Part shown: positions 40,321-52,872 of the stretch, one piece after another
Numbering within the stretch: the stretch's first letter is position 1
Layout: every line of letters begins with the position of its first letter
Assembly: GCF_006345805.1 (NCBI RefSeq)
Contig: NC_042997.1
Location: forward strand, 9,610,001-9,674,000
DNA from: Octopus sinensis
Taxonomy: Eukaryota
Reading direction: 5' to 3'
DNA: 64,000 nt
The notes under the pieces: generated by a model
Seen by the model: only the letters and a program-made list of their open reading frames with translations
Databases searched by the model: none
What the model was told of the DNA's origin: nothing
Made by a program: the position numbers and the translations under genes

Positions 40321-40535
40321 TTAACCTTTTAGCAGTCATATTAATTTATCAAATGTAATACTTATTTATAAGTATTTTTTTAAAATTAATCATGAAGTAT
40401 CTTGTAGCTTCAACATTTACAAGATGTAATTGTTTATTTTTAGAATAGATGTGGGAGGCTGGATCTGGCCAGTCTCCACATAAACAGGTAGAATATTTGA
40501 TCCAGATGTGACCAGTTTAAATACTAAACAGTTAT
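40321..40535. mobile_element. Diverged TTAA MITE, same family as 8041-8265
   Basis: ttaaccttttagcag...aatgtaatacttattta...gaatatttga...accagtttaaat is colinear with the 8041 copy. Confidence 0.65.
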
Positions 40536-41303
40536 GCATTCTTATATCTAATTTCTAAACATGAGGGACACAGGCATGACCATATAGTTATGAAGTTTGC
40601 TTCACTTGGCAAGCATATGACACAGAATTTAAACTCAATGTGCATTCCCTTGGATAAGTAGACTTCTACTATAGCCATGGTTTGACCAATGGTCTGCGAG
40701 TAAAAGTTTGTAGAAGAGTCCCTATATGACCTATATGCATACACACTCATGTATAAGTGTGTATGTATGTGTGTGCATGTATTTATGTCCCTAAAAAAGA
40801 TGTTACTTCTTAAGTGGACAGCCACTTAATAAATAATGATTTCTAAAATGAGTACTTAGTCTGGTACTCAGACAGAGTACTGGGTTTCATATAACTGACT
40901 GAAACTCTGGAAGGTGGTGCTCCAATATGGCCACAGTCCAATGAGTGAAACCAGTGAAAGAATAAAATACTAAATTTCTAGTTCTATTTTCTTCAAACTG
41001 AATAACTGAGAAAACTGAGACATTTAATGCTAATGTGAGCTATTGCATCAGTGTAACTTGCAAACTTAATGTCAGTTGTATTATGCATCAACAGTACAAT
41101 GAAATGTGTAGAAAGAAACTTTATTGGAGCCACATCTAATTGATTCTGGTATAGCAATACAGGTTCAGAAATATGTCACTGACAACAACAGTAACACCAA
41201 CAATGCTGAACCAACAAATGGACTTCAACATTGTTTGACTGACTAGAAATAGTGGCTAATTCTTCCTTGAGTGACATGCTTCCTTCTTAAAAATTGCATG
41301 ATA

Positions 41304-41527
41304 TATGTTTTTATTACCCACAAGGGGCTAAACATAGAAGGAACAAACAAGGACAGACAAAGGGATCAAGTCGATTACATCGACCCTAGTGTGCAACTGG
41401 TACTTAATTTATCGACCCCGAAAGGATGAAAGGCAAAGTCGATCTCGGCGGAATTTGACCTCACAACGTAATGGCAGACAAAATACAGCTACGCATTTTG
41501 CCCGGCGTGCTAGCGTTTCTGCCAGCT
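41304..41527 (-). mobile_element. SINE family C
   Basis: Family core; 13-bp TSD AAATTGCATGATA at 41291-41303 and 41528-41540. Confidence 0.9.
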
Positions 41528-44500
41528 AAATTGCATGATAGATTGGGTTATGTTCTGCTTAATGAGTCAGAATTAACCTGGAGCTATGATGACAGTATTG
41601 ATAAATAATATGATTTATTGCTTTCTGTAGGTAAATTACAATGCAGCTTCACAATATATTTATCTAATGACAAAATAAATTCTTACTCAAGTATATGTAT
41701 TTCAAAAGAACCTAAAAACTTAAGCAAAATAGTTGTAAATATGTATTGTAATGAAGTCATCAACTGAGTTTACTATTTTCTGATTGCCTTCGTTCTTTCA
41801 TTTTTAATCTATTTTTTCATGCTAGCATGTATTAGAAAAATTGATATTATTAAGGCATTGTTTTCACAGCTAGATGAGCTCCCTATTGCTAACTCTTAAT
41901 TGTTTTCCAAGTAATGAAATTTACATTCCATCTGTTTTTGAAAGTAGAGAGCTAATGGGCAATAACATAGCCATTTTCAGTAATTTGTAAGAGATTTATA
42001 GACACATGCATACACATTCATATTTTTACACAAGCCCACACATATACACACATATGCATACATGCACTCATGCATGTGCACACACACACGCATACACACA
42101 CACACACACACAAGCACACACATATACAGTGGGCCTCATACAGTTTCAAGCTGTTATATCAGTTCATAAGGCTTTGGTCAGCCCTGAGCAACAGTAGCAG
42201 ACATTTGCCCAAGGTGCTGCACAGTAGGACTGAACTTAAAAATGAAAACAGTTGTGATGTGAACTGATTAACCACACAACCATGCCTGCCCATGATAAAT
42301 GTTATTTCATATTAATACAAATTAAATGACATGGAACCAAACCTGAATGAAATTTTTTTCATTGTATTCATTATAATAAAGCAATAGAAAGGTAAAGTAT
42401 AAGTTTAAAAATACAATAATATTGTGTTCCATCATCCGAACATTCTGGTTCAAACTCTGCTAGGGCTAATTTTGTCTTTCAAACTGATTTATAGAGATAA
42501 TTCATGTTGTCACTCTTGCTATAGTATGCTTTAGGGAATGTTATGTAATTATCCTTAATCAAATAAGATGGATAGATGAAAGACCAACATCAGTCTTTGC
42601 AGAATATTAAGTAATTTATGGATGAGAATCCTTTACACTATCATGTTCTTGATAGTTGAACCAACAAGGGATTCTCTATGAATTTACTCAACATGTTAGT
42701 ATTAATAACCAAATCTTACTCAAATCCCATTTTACCATCTTAAAATAAAAAGAAGGATGTTGTAGTTCTAGAAAAACTATTCCGCAAAAAAAAAAGAATA
42801 GCAACAAGAAAGTCATGTTTGGAAGATAAACAGTAAAGATTTATTGGTTGTAATTTAATCTATCTAATAATTTTATTGCATTTTATTTTCATCTTTATCT
42901 AAAAATTCATTTGATTGAAATAAAACATTCAATGAGAATTATCTGAAATTTCTGAACAAAAATATTCTGTCTTCACTTTGAATATATTACAAGTACATAA
43001 ATACAGGATTTATCTATGTTTTTTCACCTATGGTTAGTCAAATCTTTAGAAAACATTTAAATCTAATGCTCATAATGGCCTTGTAGTTTTAAAAAGAATT
43101 TGAAGTAATATATCTGAGTAGATAAAACATGTAACTGGTACATGTGTCTTAAGAGATTATTCATTATTTTAACTGACAACATCTATCAAATGTAAAAACA
43201 CAAAATTATAACTTATAATTCCTGAAAGGTTATAAAACATCTAAAAGTTCACTGTCTATTTCTTTATTTTCTCCATTACAATGTTTTTCACAATGTCTCA
43301 GAAAGAAACTCTGCAGATTTATGGTTTTGAACTGTCTTTACATTTTCTGCTATTTGTATCAATCTTGACTTCAAAATAGACATTTACTCATAATTCTTTT
43401 GAGTTTGTTCTTCATAATTCTAGCTAGAAGAAAGATGTTAATATATGAAGAGAAAGAAGAGGAAGAGTAGAGAAGGAGAGTAAGAAGAAGGAGAGAAAGT
43501 AGGGCTGAAGTATAAGTGCAAGAAGAAGAAAAAGGGGAAGGAGGAGGAGGACAATGACAACAACAACGATGATAATAACAACAAGGAAGACGAGGGGGAG
43601 GAGACAATAACAACAATCATGGTTCTTGAATGAGTATGGAAGAAAATAAATGTGGCTATATATTTTATTTATTCATTCATTTGTGTTTCTGTGTGTCTTA
43701 GTTTTCTTTATTTCTTTTCTGTTTCATAGAATAGAAAAGATGTGATCAAAACCTTTGAAGATCTCTCTGTAGTTATATTGCTGGAAGGTTCGATGAAATT
43801 AGTGGCCATTATTATTGCTTCCATAGCCACAAGAATATGTTTAGCAAAATGGAAGAATATTGTAGAAAGAAATGATCAAGAGGATAAAATGTTATATTAC
43901 CTGCTAATGGATCATAAGTTCAAATCTTTTGTATGCATTTCACAACATCTCAATACTTTATGCTACATTGCCTCACTTTACAATTATGTCCAGTGAATAA
44001 TAATTTCCAATAGAGTGATGCCTTATCCACGTGAAAATTTATGGCTCATACTTTGAATATCGTAAAAACTAGAGTTAAGATCATGTAAGTCAATTGGGTT
44101 TTAGGAGACATCTACAGTTTAGCATCTTGCTTTTAATTTTTAATGGCTTAATAAAAGAAAGGGCAGAACCCATGACTTTTCTCACAAGCTTCAAGGCTGG
44201 TAGGAAGAACAAAGGAGAGAAGGATGTTAGACCTGGGATCAGAGAGCCAGTTTGATTGTTTTCAGCAGAGTTAACTCTACAGCAGTGCCACATAACAGGA
44301 TACAACTCAAAAATTTAAAAGCAAAGTGAATGCCTTAACCATACAACTCAGCTTGTACCCACATCTAATCACATTCAAGACAATCTTCATCATTGTTGAG
44401 TAATTTGAACTCAAACAAGGAATATCATTTCTGTTTTTACTGTGATTTTTTCTTGCCATAATTGACAACTTGCTTTGAATTGTGTTCATTACATCTGATT

Positions 44501-44629
44501 CGTTTTGGTAACAAAAAACTTGCCATGGTTATCAGAGCATTGATATGTATATAAGCATCATAACTATGGAAAATCAAAATGTTATGTTGTGTAATACATT
44601 AGCAAAATACTATGGCATCATCATCATTT

Positions 44630-45200
44630 CATCATCATTTAACGTCCATTGTCCATGCTGACATGGGTTGAACAGTTTGACCAGAGCTGGCAAGTTGGAA
44701 GGTTGCTTCAGACTCCAATCTGATTTGGCATGGTTTCTATGGCTGGATACCTTTCCCAATGCCAACCACTCTGAGAGTGTAATGAGTGCTTTTACGCGCC
44801 ATCGGCACATTTGCATGACACAAGTATCATATTTTTTTATCGCCCACAAGGGGCTAAACATAGAAGGGACAAAGAAGGACAGACAAACGGATTAAGTCGA
44901 TTACATCGACCTCAGTGCATAACTGGTACTTATTTAATCGACCCCGAAAGGATGAAAGGCTAAGTCGACCTCGGTGGAATTTGAACTCAGAATGTAGCGA
45001 CGGGTGCAATACCTCTAAGCATTTCGTCCAGCCTGCTAACGTTTCAGCCAGCTCGCTTACATGACACAAGTATCTGTCGTGACTGCAATTTTACTTGCCT
45101 TCATGGGTTTCCTTCTCAAGCACGGCATAATACCAAAGGTCTCAGTCATTCATCATTGCCTCTGTGAGGCTCAACACCCAAAAGGTGCTTCTTATGTGCC
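44630..45200 (-). mobile_element. RTE 3' end interrupted by a family C SINE (44829-45059)
   Basis: (ATC)n + ttaacgtcc...catgctg tail; the nested SINE has a 15-bp TSD CATGACACAAGTATC (44814-44828, 45060-45074). Confidence 0.85.
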
Positions 45201-45912
45201 ACCAGCATCAGCCACTAGGAAAATCAAAGCAAGGTGAATGATCTTAATGCAAATAAAAACTCTTCACATATTACATTTGACAGATATAAATGTTAGACTT
45301 TTTGATAACAATACAAGTTAACAATCTCGCAGTAATTTGGTTTTTTACATCCAATCATTTTAGTTTCTTACAAAGGTACACCAGAGTTAATAAAGGAATT
45401 CTTTATTTAGTCCTTTATTGAAACAATTCTTCAAATTTTACAATACTTATGATTGCTCAGATCAAACAATTGAGTCAGCTCTGTTTTATCTGTTGTTGCT
45501 CAACTGACTGACGCCCAAGCCAACTCTCACTATTTCAAATCAGCAGGTAGAGGAAAAATTCTGAATACTGTGAAGTTGCTATGTTTAACCGCAAGTTAAA
45601 CCTGATGAAGCAGACCTATGATTAAATACATTCCAACTGTGACCATCTTATGCCTTTAGGAATGTCTCCATCTATCATTATCTAATGTTTCATCCCATTT
45701 TTGTTTGTTTTTGCTTTTTCCTTGTCTGTACCTTTTATTAAAATGATTGACTAGAGACTGAATTGAAGGAATTATTTTCAGGGCATACTTATATAATGAT
45801 GATGTTTTGTATTATGTCTAGGAATATTATGAAATATTTATACAGACATACACACACACACATATATGTGCATGTGTCAGTGTGTGTGTATATATACACA
45901 CATCTATACATG

Positions 45913-45954
<42 letters not shown>

Positions 45955-45956
<2 letters not shown>

Positions 45957-46170
45957 AATGTAATATGTGACAATTATTTAGTAGCCATGATAAAACTCTG
46001 AGTTTTGGATGTTGGGGTGGAAATCCATGCCGCCATCTCTTCAGTTATCTAGCCATCAGATTTTTCCGATGGCCTGATAACTGAAGAGATGGCAGCGGGG
46101 ATTTCCACCTCGGCATCCGAAACTCGGAGTTTTATCATGGCTAATGAATAATTGTCGCATATTACATTTA
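45955..46170. repeat. ~215-bp fold-back palindrome made of two inverted hammerhead-bearing units
   Basis: Left arm is the reverse complement of the right; many differences are C>T changes at CpGs. Confidence 0.9.
46072..46141 (+). ncRNA. Minimal type-I hammerhead ribozyme motif, core intact
   Basis: Stem I gcc-ugauaa / uuauca-u-ggc; CUGAAGA 46081-87; stem II gaug/cauc; GAAAC 46119-23; near-palindromic stem III ACUCGGAGU; GUU cleavage triplet at 46129-31. Confidence 0.75.
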
Positions 46171-46461
46171 CAAATAAATTCCTCTATTTACATAATATCG
46201 AGGTCTCTTTCTTTCTTTTGCTGTCTCACCATTTTTATCAATATATATATATATATGTGTGTGTGTGTGTATAGATATGATTGGTTTGCAGATAATTTAA
46301 AACATAATTTGAGGGACATTTGGTTGCTATTTCTTGCAGGTTGAGTAATATGAAGACATCTTCATTTAATGGAATACTATAGAGTATTTGAGCCTGGTAC
46401 TCAGTTCTTTCTGTTACTTCTTGATAACATATTTCAATTTATTTACAATATTTATTACACT

Positions 46462-46628
46462 AAGAGGTAATATTTATCCCCACTTAAATGTGGATGTTCA
46501 TTTAGAACAAATTATACTGTGATAGATAGCATGAGAGAAACTCCTATAGTTTCTCTCATGGTATCTACCACAGTATAGTTTGTTATAACAGAACATCCAG
46601 ATGTAAGTGGGGATAACTATTACCTCTT
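46462..46628. repeat. 167-bp hairpin (81-bp arms, 5-nt loop)
   Basis: aagaggtaata...catgagagaaact-cctat-agtttctctcatg...tattacctctt; about 9 mismatches by hand count. Confidence 0.9.
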
Positions 46629-46845
46629 GGTATTAATATTGCCTCGGACAGTATTAATATATTTTTAACATTGGTTACTGCAACTCCTCTCATTGGCTTT
46701 CTATTTCTCTCCAATGAAAATCTCCTAAAAGTTTTGTACCACTGCTGCCCTGAAAATTTAAGGAAACTCTAGCTTTGATTAGCATTCAGCAATATCTTTG
46801 ATATATCTCATGTAGGTGTGATGTTCCCTGCTCATCCTTTAACAT

Positions 46846-47338
46846 AAAATTTTTTTTAAATGCGCCCTTTTAGAGTGTAGCCAGGCTCATAAGCCTGGTT
46901 TCCTGGTTTCTATGGTGTATGTGTTCCCTAGCTGGACGAGACGCCAGTCCATCACAGTATTACTCATTTTTGCCAGCTGAGTGGACTAGAGTAATGTGAA
47001 ATGAAGTGTTTTACTCAAGAACACAACACGTCACCTGGTCCAGGAATTGAAACCACAATCTTACGATCATGGTGCTGACACTCTAACCACTAAGCCACAT
47101 GCCTTCACAAATAAATGAGCACTTTTTAAAGCCTAGCCAGGCTCATGGGCCCGGTTTCCATGGCGTATGTGTTCCCCAGCTGGACAGGACGCTAGTCCAT
47201 TGCCAGCTGAGTGAACTGGAGCAACGTGAAATGAAGTGTTTTGCCCAAGAACACAATGCGTCACCCAGTGCAAGAATCAAAACCACAATCTTACGATCAT
47301 GGTGCTGACACCCTAACCACTAAGCCACATGCCTTCAC
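46846..47338 (-). mobile_element. Tandem dimer of a tRNA-headed SINE (family B-related) within one TSD
   Basis: Two colinear units; CATCCTTTAACAT duplicated at 46833-45 and 47339-51. Confidence 0.8.
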
Positions 47339-50300
47339 CATCCTTTAACATGCTTAACTTCAAAACTTTCCATTTATTGGATGATGAAATGAAAGCTGTA
47401 ATAAATAAACTTAGTGCTTTTTCTTTTAGTGGCCGAAATGAATTATTTGAAATCAAATGTGAAGAGACAGTGGCACAAGGTGCTTTTACATCATCATCAT
47501 CAGCTCCATACCCCATTATCTCCTACTAAATATACTTGGAAATACAAACATAGCAAAGTATTTTTATATACTCCTTTTTACTCTTTTCATCTTTTCAGAG
47601 CTACAATACACTCTGACAAATAAAAGTCCTTTCTTTTCATAGGAATATACTTATTGGATGTCATACTTATGATATATGCTATATTTTCGTAGATTTCTTG
47701 TGCAGTGGTTTGTAGTGTCCATGTCTATTGGATTCTCATCCAACACTGCTAAATCATATGTTATTACTCATATTACAACTATATTAATAGCATTCATCGT
47801 TTTTTTTCTTTTCAAAAGTTTTCAAAATGTTTTGAACTGTCAAAATAATAGTTATTATTCTCATTCAAATATCTTTGGCATATAGTTTTGCTATCAACTT
47901 TGTCCAAATGTCTGTAGGAATCAGAGTTATCCAGTTCCTGTATTATCTCTCATCATGTCATTTAAGCAAATAAACCTCATTATTTGATTCTTTCGTTTTA
48001 CCTAACCAAAAGACATCTTAATGTCTCTACTAAATTACATGGCAATACTGCAGAGACTCATATGGTTACGTTTTCAAAAAATGATTTTAGGCTACATATG
48101 AAGTGGAGGTGGGGAATGTACCTAGTAATTCTTCTCCTTTTGGCTTTTCTGTTAGCTAACTGAAGATCTAGAAAACATTCATGTAAAATAGATTAGCAGT
48201 TGTTGTTGACAAATGTAAGAGCTGAGTTCCATTTTCTCATTTTTGTTTTACAGAATTTTATCATTGTATCATCAGATGATATCAAAATCAAACCAGTTGC
48301 AAAACTGAATCAAAGGGTTTCTTTTTATTGTGAATGATCAAAAATAGATAATTGTGTGGTAGGGGGGAGCTTTCATTATTGTGTAATCCAAATTAGTTCT
48401 AAATAGTAGATTATTATTAAAAGCATTACACCATAAATGTACTGACTTTTATTTTACTCATAGTATGTCTAGTATATCTCGATGGGTCCTTTTTCAGTTG
48501 AGAGGAATTTGAAGGTGATTTGGCTACTTTCTTTTGTAGCTGGAGCAGTGATATATAGGCTCTTTCATGGGTTCTCCATAGTTTCTTATAATCAGGTGCC
48601 TTTGTTAATGAGTAACTGGCTAATTATTCCCCATGCTTTCAGTATATATCTCTTCTGCCCTACAGAAAATTACTTGTTCTTATGTAAATGTTTAAATCAT
48701 TTTGGAAGAATGTTTCAGGAATAATTATTAGACTACTCGCAAGAAGTTGATAAAGGGTAAATAGATGGGCCATCTACTATCTCCAAGTAAAAGTTGTCTT
48801 CATATTTGTTCTAAATTATCCAAGAATAGGTGAAGGTTAATATCTAGAGTTGAAGTACGTCTTACAATCACTTCTAATAATTTTGGAAATTACCAATACC
48901 AAGATTTTACAATTTTCAAAATTGTTTAGAGGAAGTCTCAAATCACATACTATCATACAATAATCATTTGTGAATGATTTTCAAATTTCTGTTTCCACAT
49001 AATTTTCTAAGTCTCTATAATTTTTGTTGTGCATAGATTCTTCACGAAAAACAAATTCTAAAATGGCTGTGTGGTTAAGAAGGTCATTTTGAAAACTGGT
49101 TCAGCCACACTACATGACACTTTAAGTAAGTGACTTCTTTATAACCCCAGGCTGGCCAATATCTAGTAGTGAACTACTAGATTACATCAAAACGTTATGG
49201 GACCCTCACTCCCTCTTTGACTAAACCTATTAGCATATCTTGTTACTGTAAAAATTTTTATTTTTACTTTTTTATTACTTATCCACCCTATTACCCCCAT
49301 AGAAAAATTAACCCACCAATTACTGTTTTAAGTTTAGATATTTACTCAACGTCCCAAAGTGACACATAAGCAAAATGTCCCTGTAACATAGCACTTCAGC
49401 AAAAGTGACTGATAGAATAAGTACTAAACTTAATAAGTTCTGAGGTTAATCTGTTTAACCAAAAATTTTCAAGGCAGTGCCCCAGCATGGCCATTGTCCA
49501 GTGACTGAAGCAAATAAAGATACAGGATAAAATATAAGTGTTTTATCCTCTTCTATATTTTTACTCCACATTGTTCAATGAAGTATCTCTACATCCTGTT
49601 TTATCTTATTTATTATTACATATTTATTATTACATATTATTACATATTATTTATTATTACATATCATTCTGTTTTCAAATGAGTAGTTTTTAAAATGCCG
49701 TGTTCCCCTAAAACTCAATCATTTCATCTAATTATTTAAGGTGGGTACCCTTTGATTTGCAATCATATTTATTCCTTCTTTATGCCGTTCTTCATTATAA
49801 TGCTCTTCTGAATTTTTATAGAAGGATTATTTAGAAGTATAGTTGTTTTGCTATGTATTCTTAACATTTCTTCGAAGATTATCTAGAAACATCAGGCTTA
49901 TCTTTCTCTCTTTGTTACATAAAGTGTTTATTCTATGTCTTAATTTAGCCTCCTAATATTCTGCTCTATTTTGGTAGCTCTTATACTATTAATTATTTAA
50001 TGCAGAAATTTAAATAGCTAAGAGAATGCAAGCATAAAGAAAGGAGTTCAGCTTACAAATACCAACAGGAATTGATATATTGTGATATTCAGTTTGCCTC
50101 GGAACATTACTTTTAGCAACTGTTAATCTATGTTTGGTATTTAAGAGAGTGTGCTACTTTTAAACATTGTTATCTCTAGTAGCTACTGCAGTCTATTCCA
50201 GGTAAGGTCACATGCCATTTAATGATACGGCCTGTATGTTCACATACATTGTCAATTTCTTGTTTAATCCCAACAGAACATGGATGTAAGTTGGTGATAT

Positions 50301-50482
50301 TATTTACGCTGCTTGGTTTTCTTCCACTTCTGAGTTATGATACTCCTACACTCTACATATTCAATGCAAGTGATATCTATATTGTTAACACAATTATTGA
50401 TATGAAATAATGCTCAACAGTAATGAGGTTAACATATTTCAAATTCTTTAAATGTTGAGTCAAACAAAATTATACTCCAGTT

Positions 50483-50628
50483 CTTAACCACTACGCCATA
50501 TGCCCGTGGGCATATGGCGTAGGGGTTAAGAGCCGGGGCTACTAACCCCAAGATTCTGAGTTCAATTCCAAGCAGTGACCTGAACAATAAAAATAATAAT
50601 AATGATAATAATAATGATAATAATAATG

Positions 50629-50661
<33 letters not shown>

Positions 50662-50830
50662 GCAATAACATCGAAAAGTACCTTAGGAATGAGAACCCAG
50701 GTTCGAAATTTCCCCAAGACACCTGATGAAGGCTGGAGGGTATATCAGCTGAAACAATGTGTTAACAACAAACAAGAGGAGGACAAATATCCGTCGAATG
50801 TAAATAATGTAAATAATGAAAATTATACTC
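50483..50830 (+). mobile_element. Penelope-like terminal-repeat fragment: inverted tRNA-like head, (AAT)n and hammerhead motif
   Basis: 23-bp inversion at 50483-50530; A/B-box-like tggcgtagggg...gagttcaattcc; hammerhead core at 50723-50755. The PLE assignment is inferred from the minimal HHR. Confidence 0.55.
50718..50763 (+). ncRNA. Minimal hammerhead motif with degenerate cleavage site
   Basis: gacac-CUGAUGA-a-ggcug/cagcu-GAAAC-AAU-guguu; the triplet position lacks the essential U. Confidence 0.65.
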
Positions 50831-50971
50831 ATATAGAAAAGAAAAATTATTAGTGTTAATGATAAATCTTGCTAAGAAAGACAATGAGATATCACCAAAA
50901 TTCAAATTGATTAAAAATTATATGTGGTTATACAGTGACAAAGTGTTTGATTATTGTCAAATAAAGTAACA

Positions 50972-51746
50972 GGTGCAGGAGTGGCTGTGTGGTAAGAAGC
51001 TTGCTTACCAACCACATGTTTCAGGGTTCATTGGGCAAATGTTGTCTACTTTAGCCTTGGGTCGACCAAAACCTTGTGAGTGGATTTGCTAGACGGAAAC
51101 TGAAAGAAGCCTGTTGTATGTATGTTCGTATGTGTTGTGGAGGCGCAATGGTCCAGTGGTTAGGGCAGCAAACTCGTGGTTGTAGGATCACGGTTTCAAT
51201 TCCAAGACCTGGTGTTATGAGTGTTTATTGAGCGAAAACACCTAAAGTTCCACAAGGCTGTGAAAGGGGATGGTGGCGAACCATACTGTACTCTTTCACC
51301 ACAACTTTCTCTCACTCTTTCTTCTCGTTTTTGTTGTACCTGTATTTCAAAGGGCCAGCCTTGTCACACTCTGTGTCATGCTGAATCTCCCCGAGAACTA
51401 TGTTAAGGGTACATGTAATTGTGAAGTGCTCAGCCATTTGTATGTTAATTTCATGAGCAGGCTGTTCTGTTGATCGGATCAACTGGAACCCTTGTTGTCA
51501 TAACCGACGGAGTGCCATTTGTGTGTATGTGTGTGTGTGTTTGTCCCTCCCTACCATCTCATGACAATCGATATTGGTGTGTTTACATCCGCCTAACTTA
51601 GCAGTTTCACAAAAAGAGACTGATAGAATTAGTACTAGGCTTACAAAATGTAAGTCCTGGGGTCGATTTGCTCAACTAATGGCAGTGCTCCAGCATGGCC
51701 ACAGTGAAGTGACTGAACCAAAATAAAAGAGTAAAAGATTAAAGAA
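50972..51746 (+). mobile_element. SINE family A with a family B SINE (51136-51517) nested in its microsatellite linker
   Basis: A head, then a complete B copy, then the A tail. Confidence 0.85.
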
Positions 51747-52149
51747 TGACAACTCTTAATATGTTGCAGTCTTATTATACTCCCTCGGTAAAACAAAGTC
51801 ATACTTGTAGTTATCAGACATCAGAATGACTAAGGGAATACAAAGCTTTTAAGTTTAACAACATTCATTGATTAACTCTGTTTTACATATTAATCAAAAG
51901 CACGTTTAGTAGTTTTTCAAAAAGCTTTCTTTCGTTTGTGTATTGCATTTTGTGTAGTTCATTGATTCAAAAGTATTTGTAAGTTTGTGTTTAGTCTAAT
52001 TCTCTTATCTCTGCTTTTTTTATTTTTTTATCTAGCATGCATGATATTTGTATTCTTATTTTCCTCCCTTCAAGGTTTCCTTGGTGCATTTTGCTAATCA
52101 AAAATCTCCTATCAATTCCTTTTGTAAACCTGTGTACTGCTTTCAGCAG

Positions 52150-52430
52150 TATTTTTAGTTGTTTCTTATTTGCAGTGTTTAACTTCTGCAGAATTGTCAG
52201 TTACTCATGATGTATTTAATGTGTCTCCTTATTAATAGTGTTACATTAAACATGGATACCTTACCTATGGCTAACATTCCCAGGATCCATTTACTGAGAA
52301 CACTGTCAAAAGCTTTGTAGTTTTTAATGCATGCCATGCTCAGACTCTTTGTCCTCTTACAGTCTTTTGTTAAGGCTTTGTTGGTAAATAATTTATCTTT
52401 ATATCTCTATAAGCCATTCCTGCCTACATT
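52150..52430 (-). mobile_element. R4/Dong-type reverse transcriptase fragment
   Basis: Minus strand LSMACI..YKAFDSVL.KWIL resembles the LSMAWIDYKKAFDSVPHxWI motif. Confidence 0.55.
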
Positions 52431-52499
52431 TTTTACCACTGGAAAGAAGTGTTTCTTTTCTTACTCTTTATTTTCAATGTTTAATTAATTTCAAAGTTA

Positions 52500-52872
52500 C
52501 AGGAGTGGCTGTGTGGTAAGTAGCTTGCTTACCAACCACATGGTTCCAGGTTCTCATCGCACTGCATGGCACCTTGGGCAAGTGTCTTCTACTATAGCCA
52601 AAGGCTGACCAAAGCCTTGTGAGCAGATTTGGCAGATGGAATCTGAAAGAAGCCTGTCGTATATACATATGTGTATATGTTTGTGTGTTTGTGTTTGTAC
52701 CCCCACTATCATTTGACAACCGATGTTGGTGTGTTTACGTCCCCATAACCTAGCGGTTCAGCAAAAGAGACCAATAGAATAAGAACCAGGCTTACAAAAA
52801 ATAAGTCCTGGGGTCGATTTGTTTGACTAAAGGCGCAGTCAAATGACTGAAGCAAATAAAAGAATAAAAGAA
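52500..52872 (+). mobile_element. SINE family A
   Basis: Head/core/tail as above. Confidence 0.85.

Noticed and set aside
40290-40339. MTAKRLKCKRIFKVTC as the start of a standalone 301-aa protein
   Set aside because: The ATG lies inside the MITE; PBRM1 is a large multi-exon protein, so this is most likely intronic read-through of the ORF finder.
46520-46575. gagagaaac in the 46.5-kb hairpin as a hammerhead
   Set aside because: No CUGAnGA upstream on either strand.
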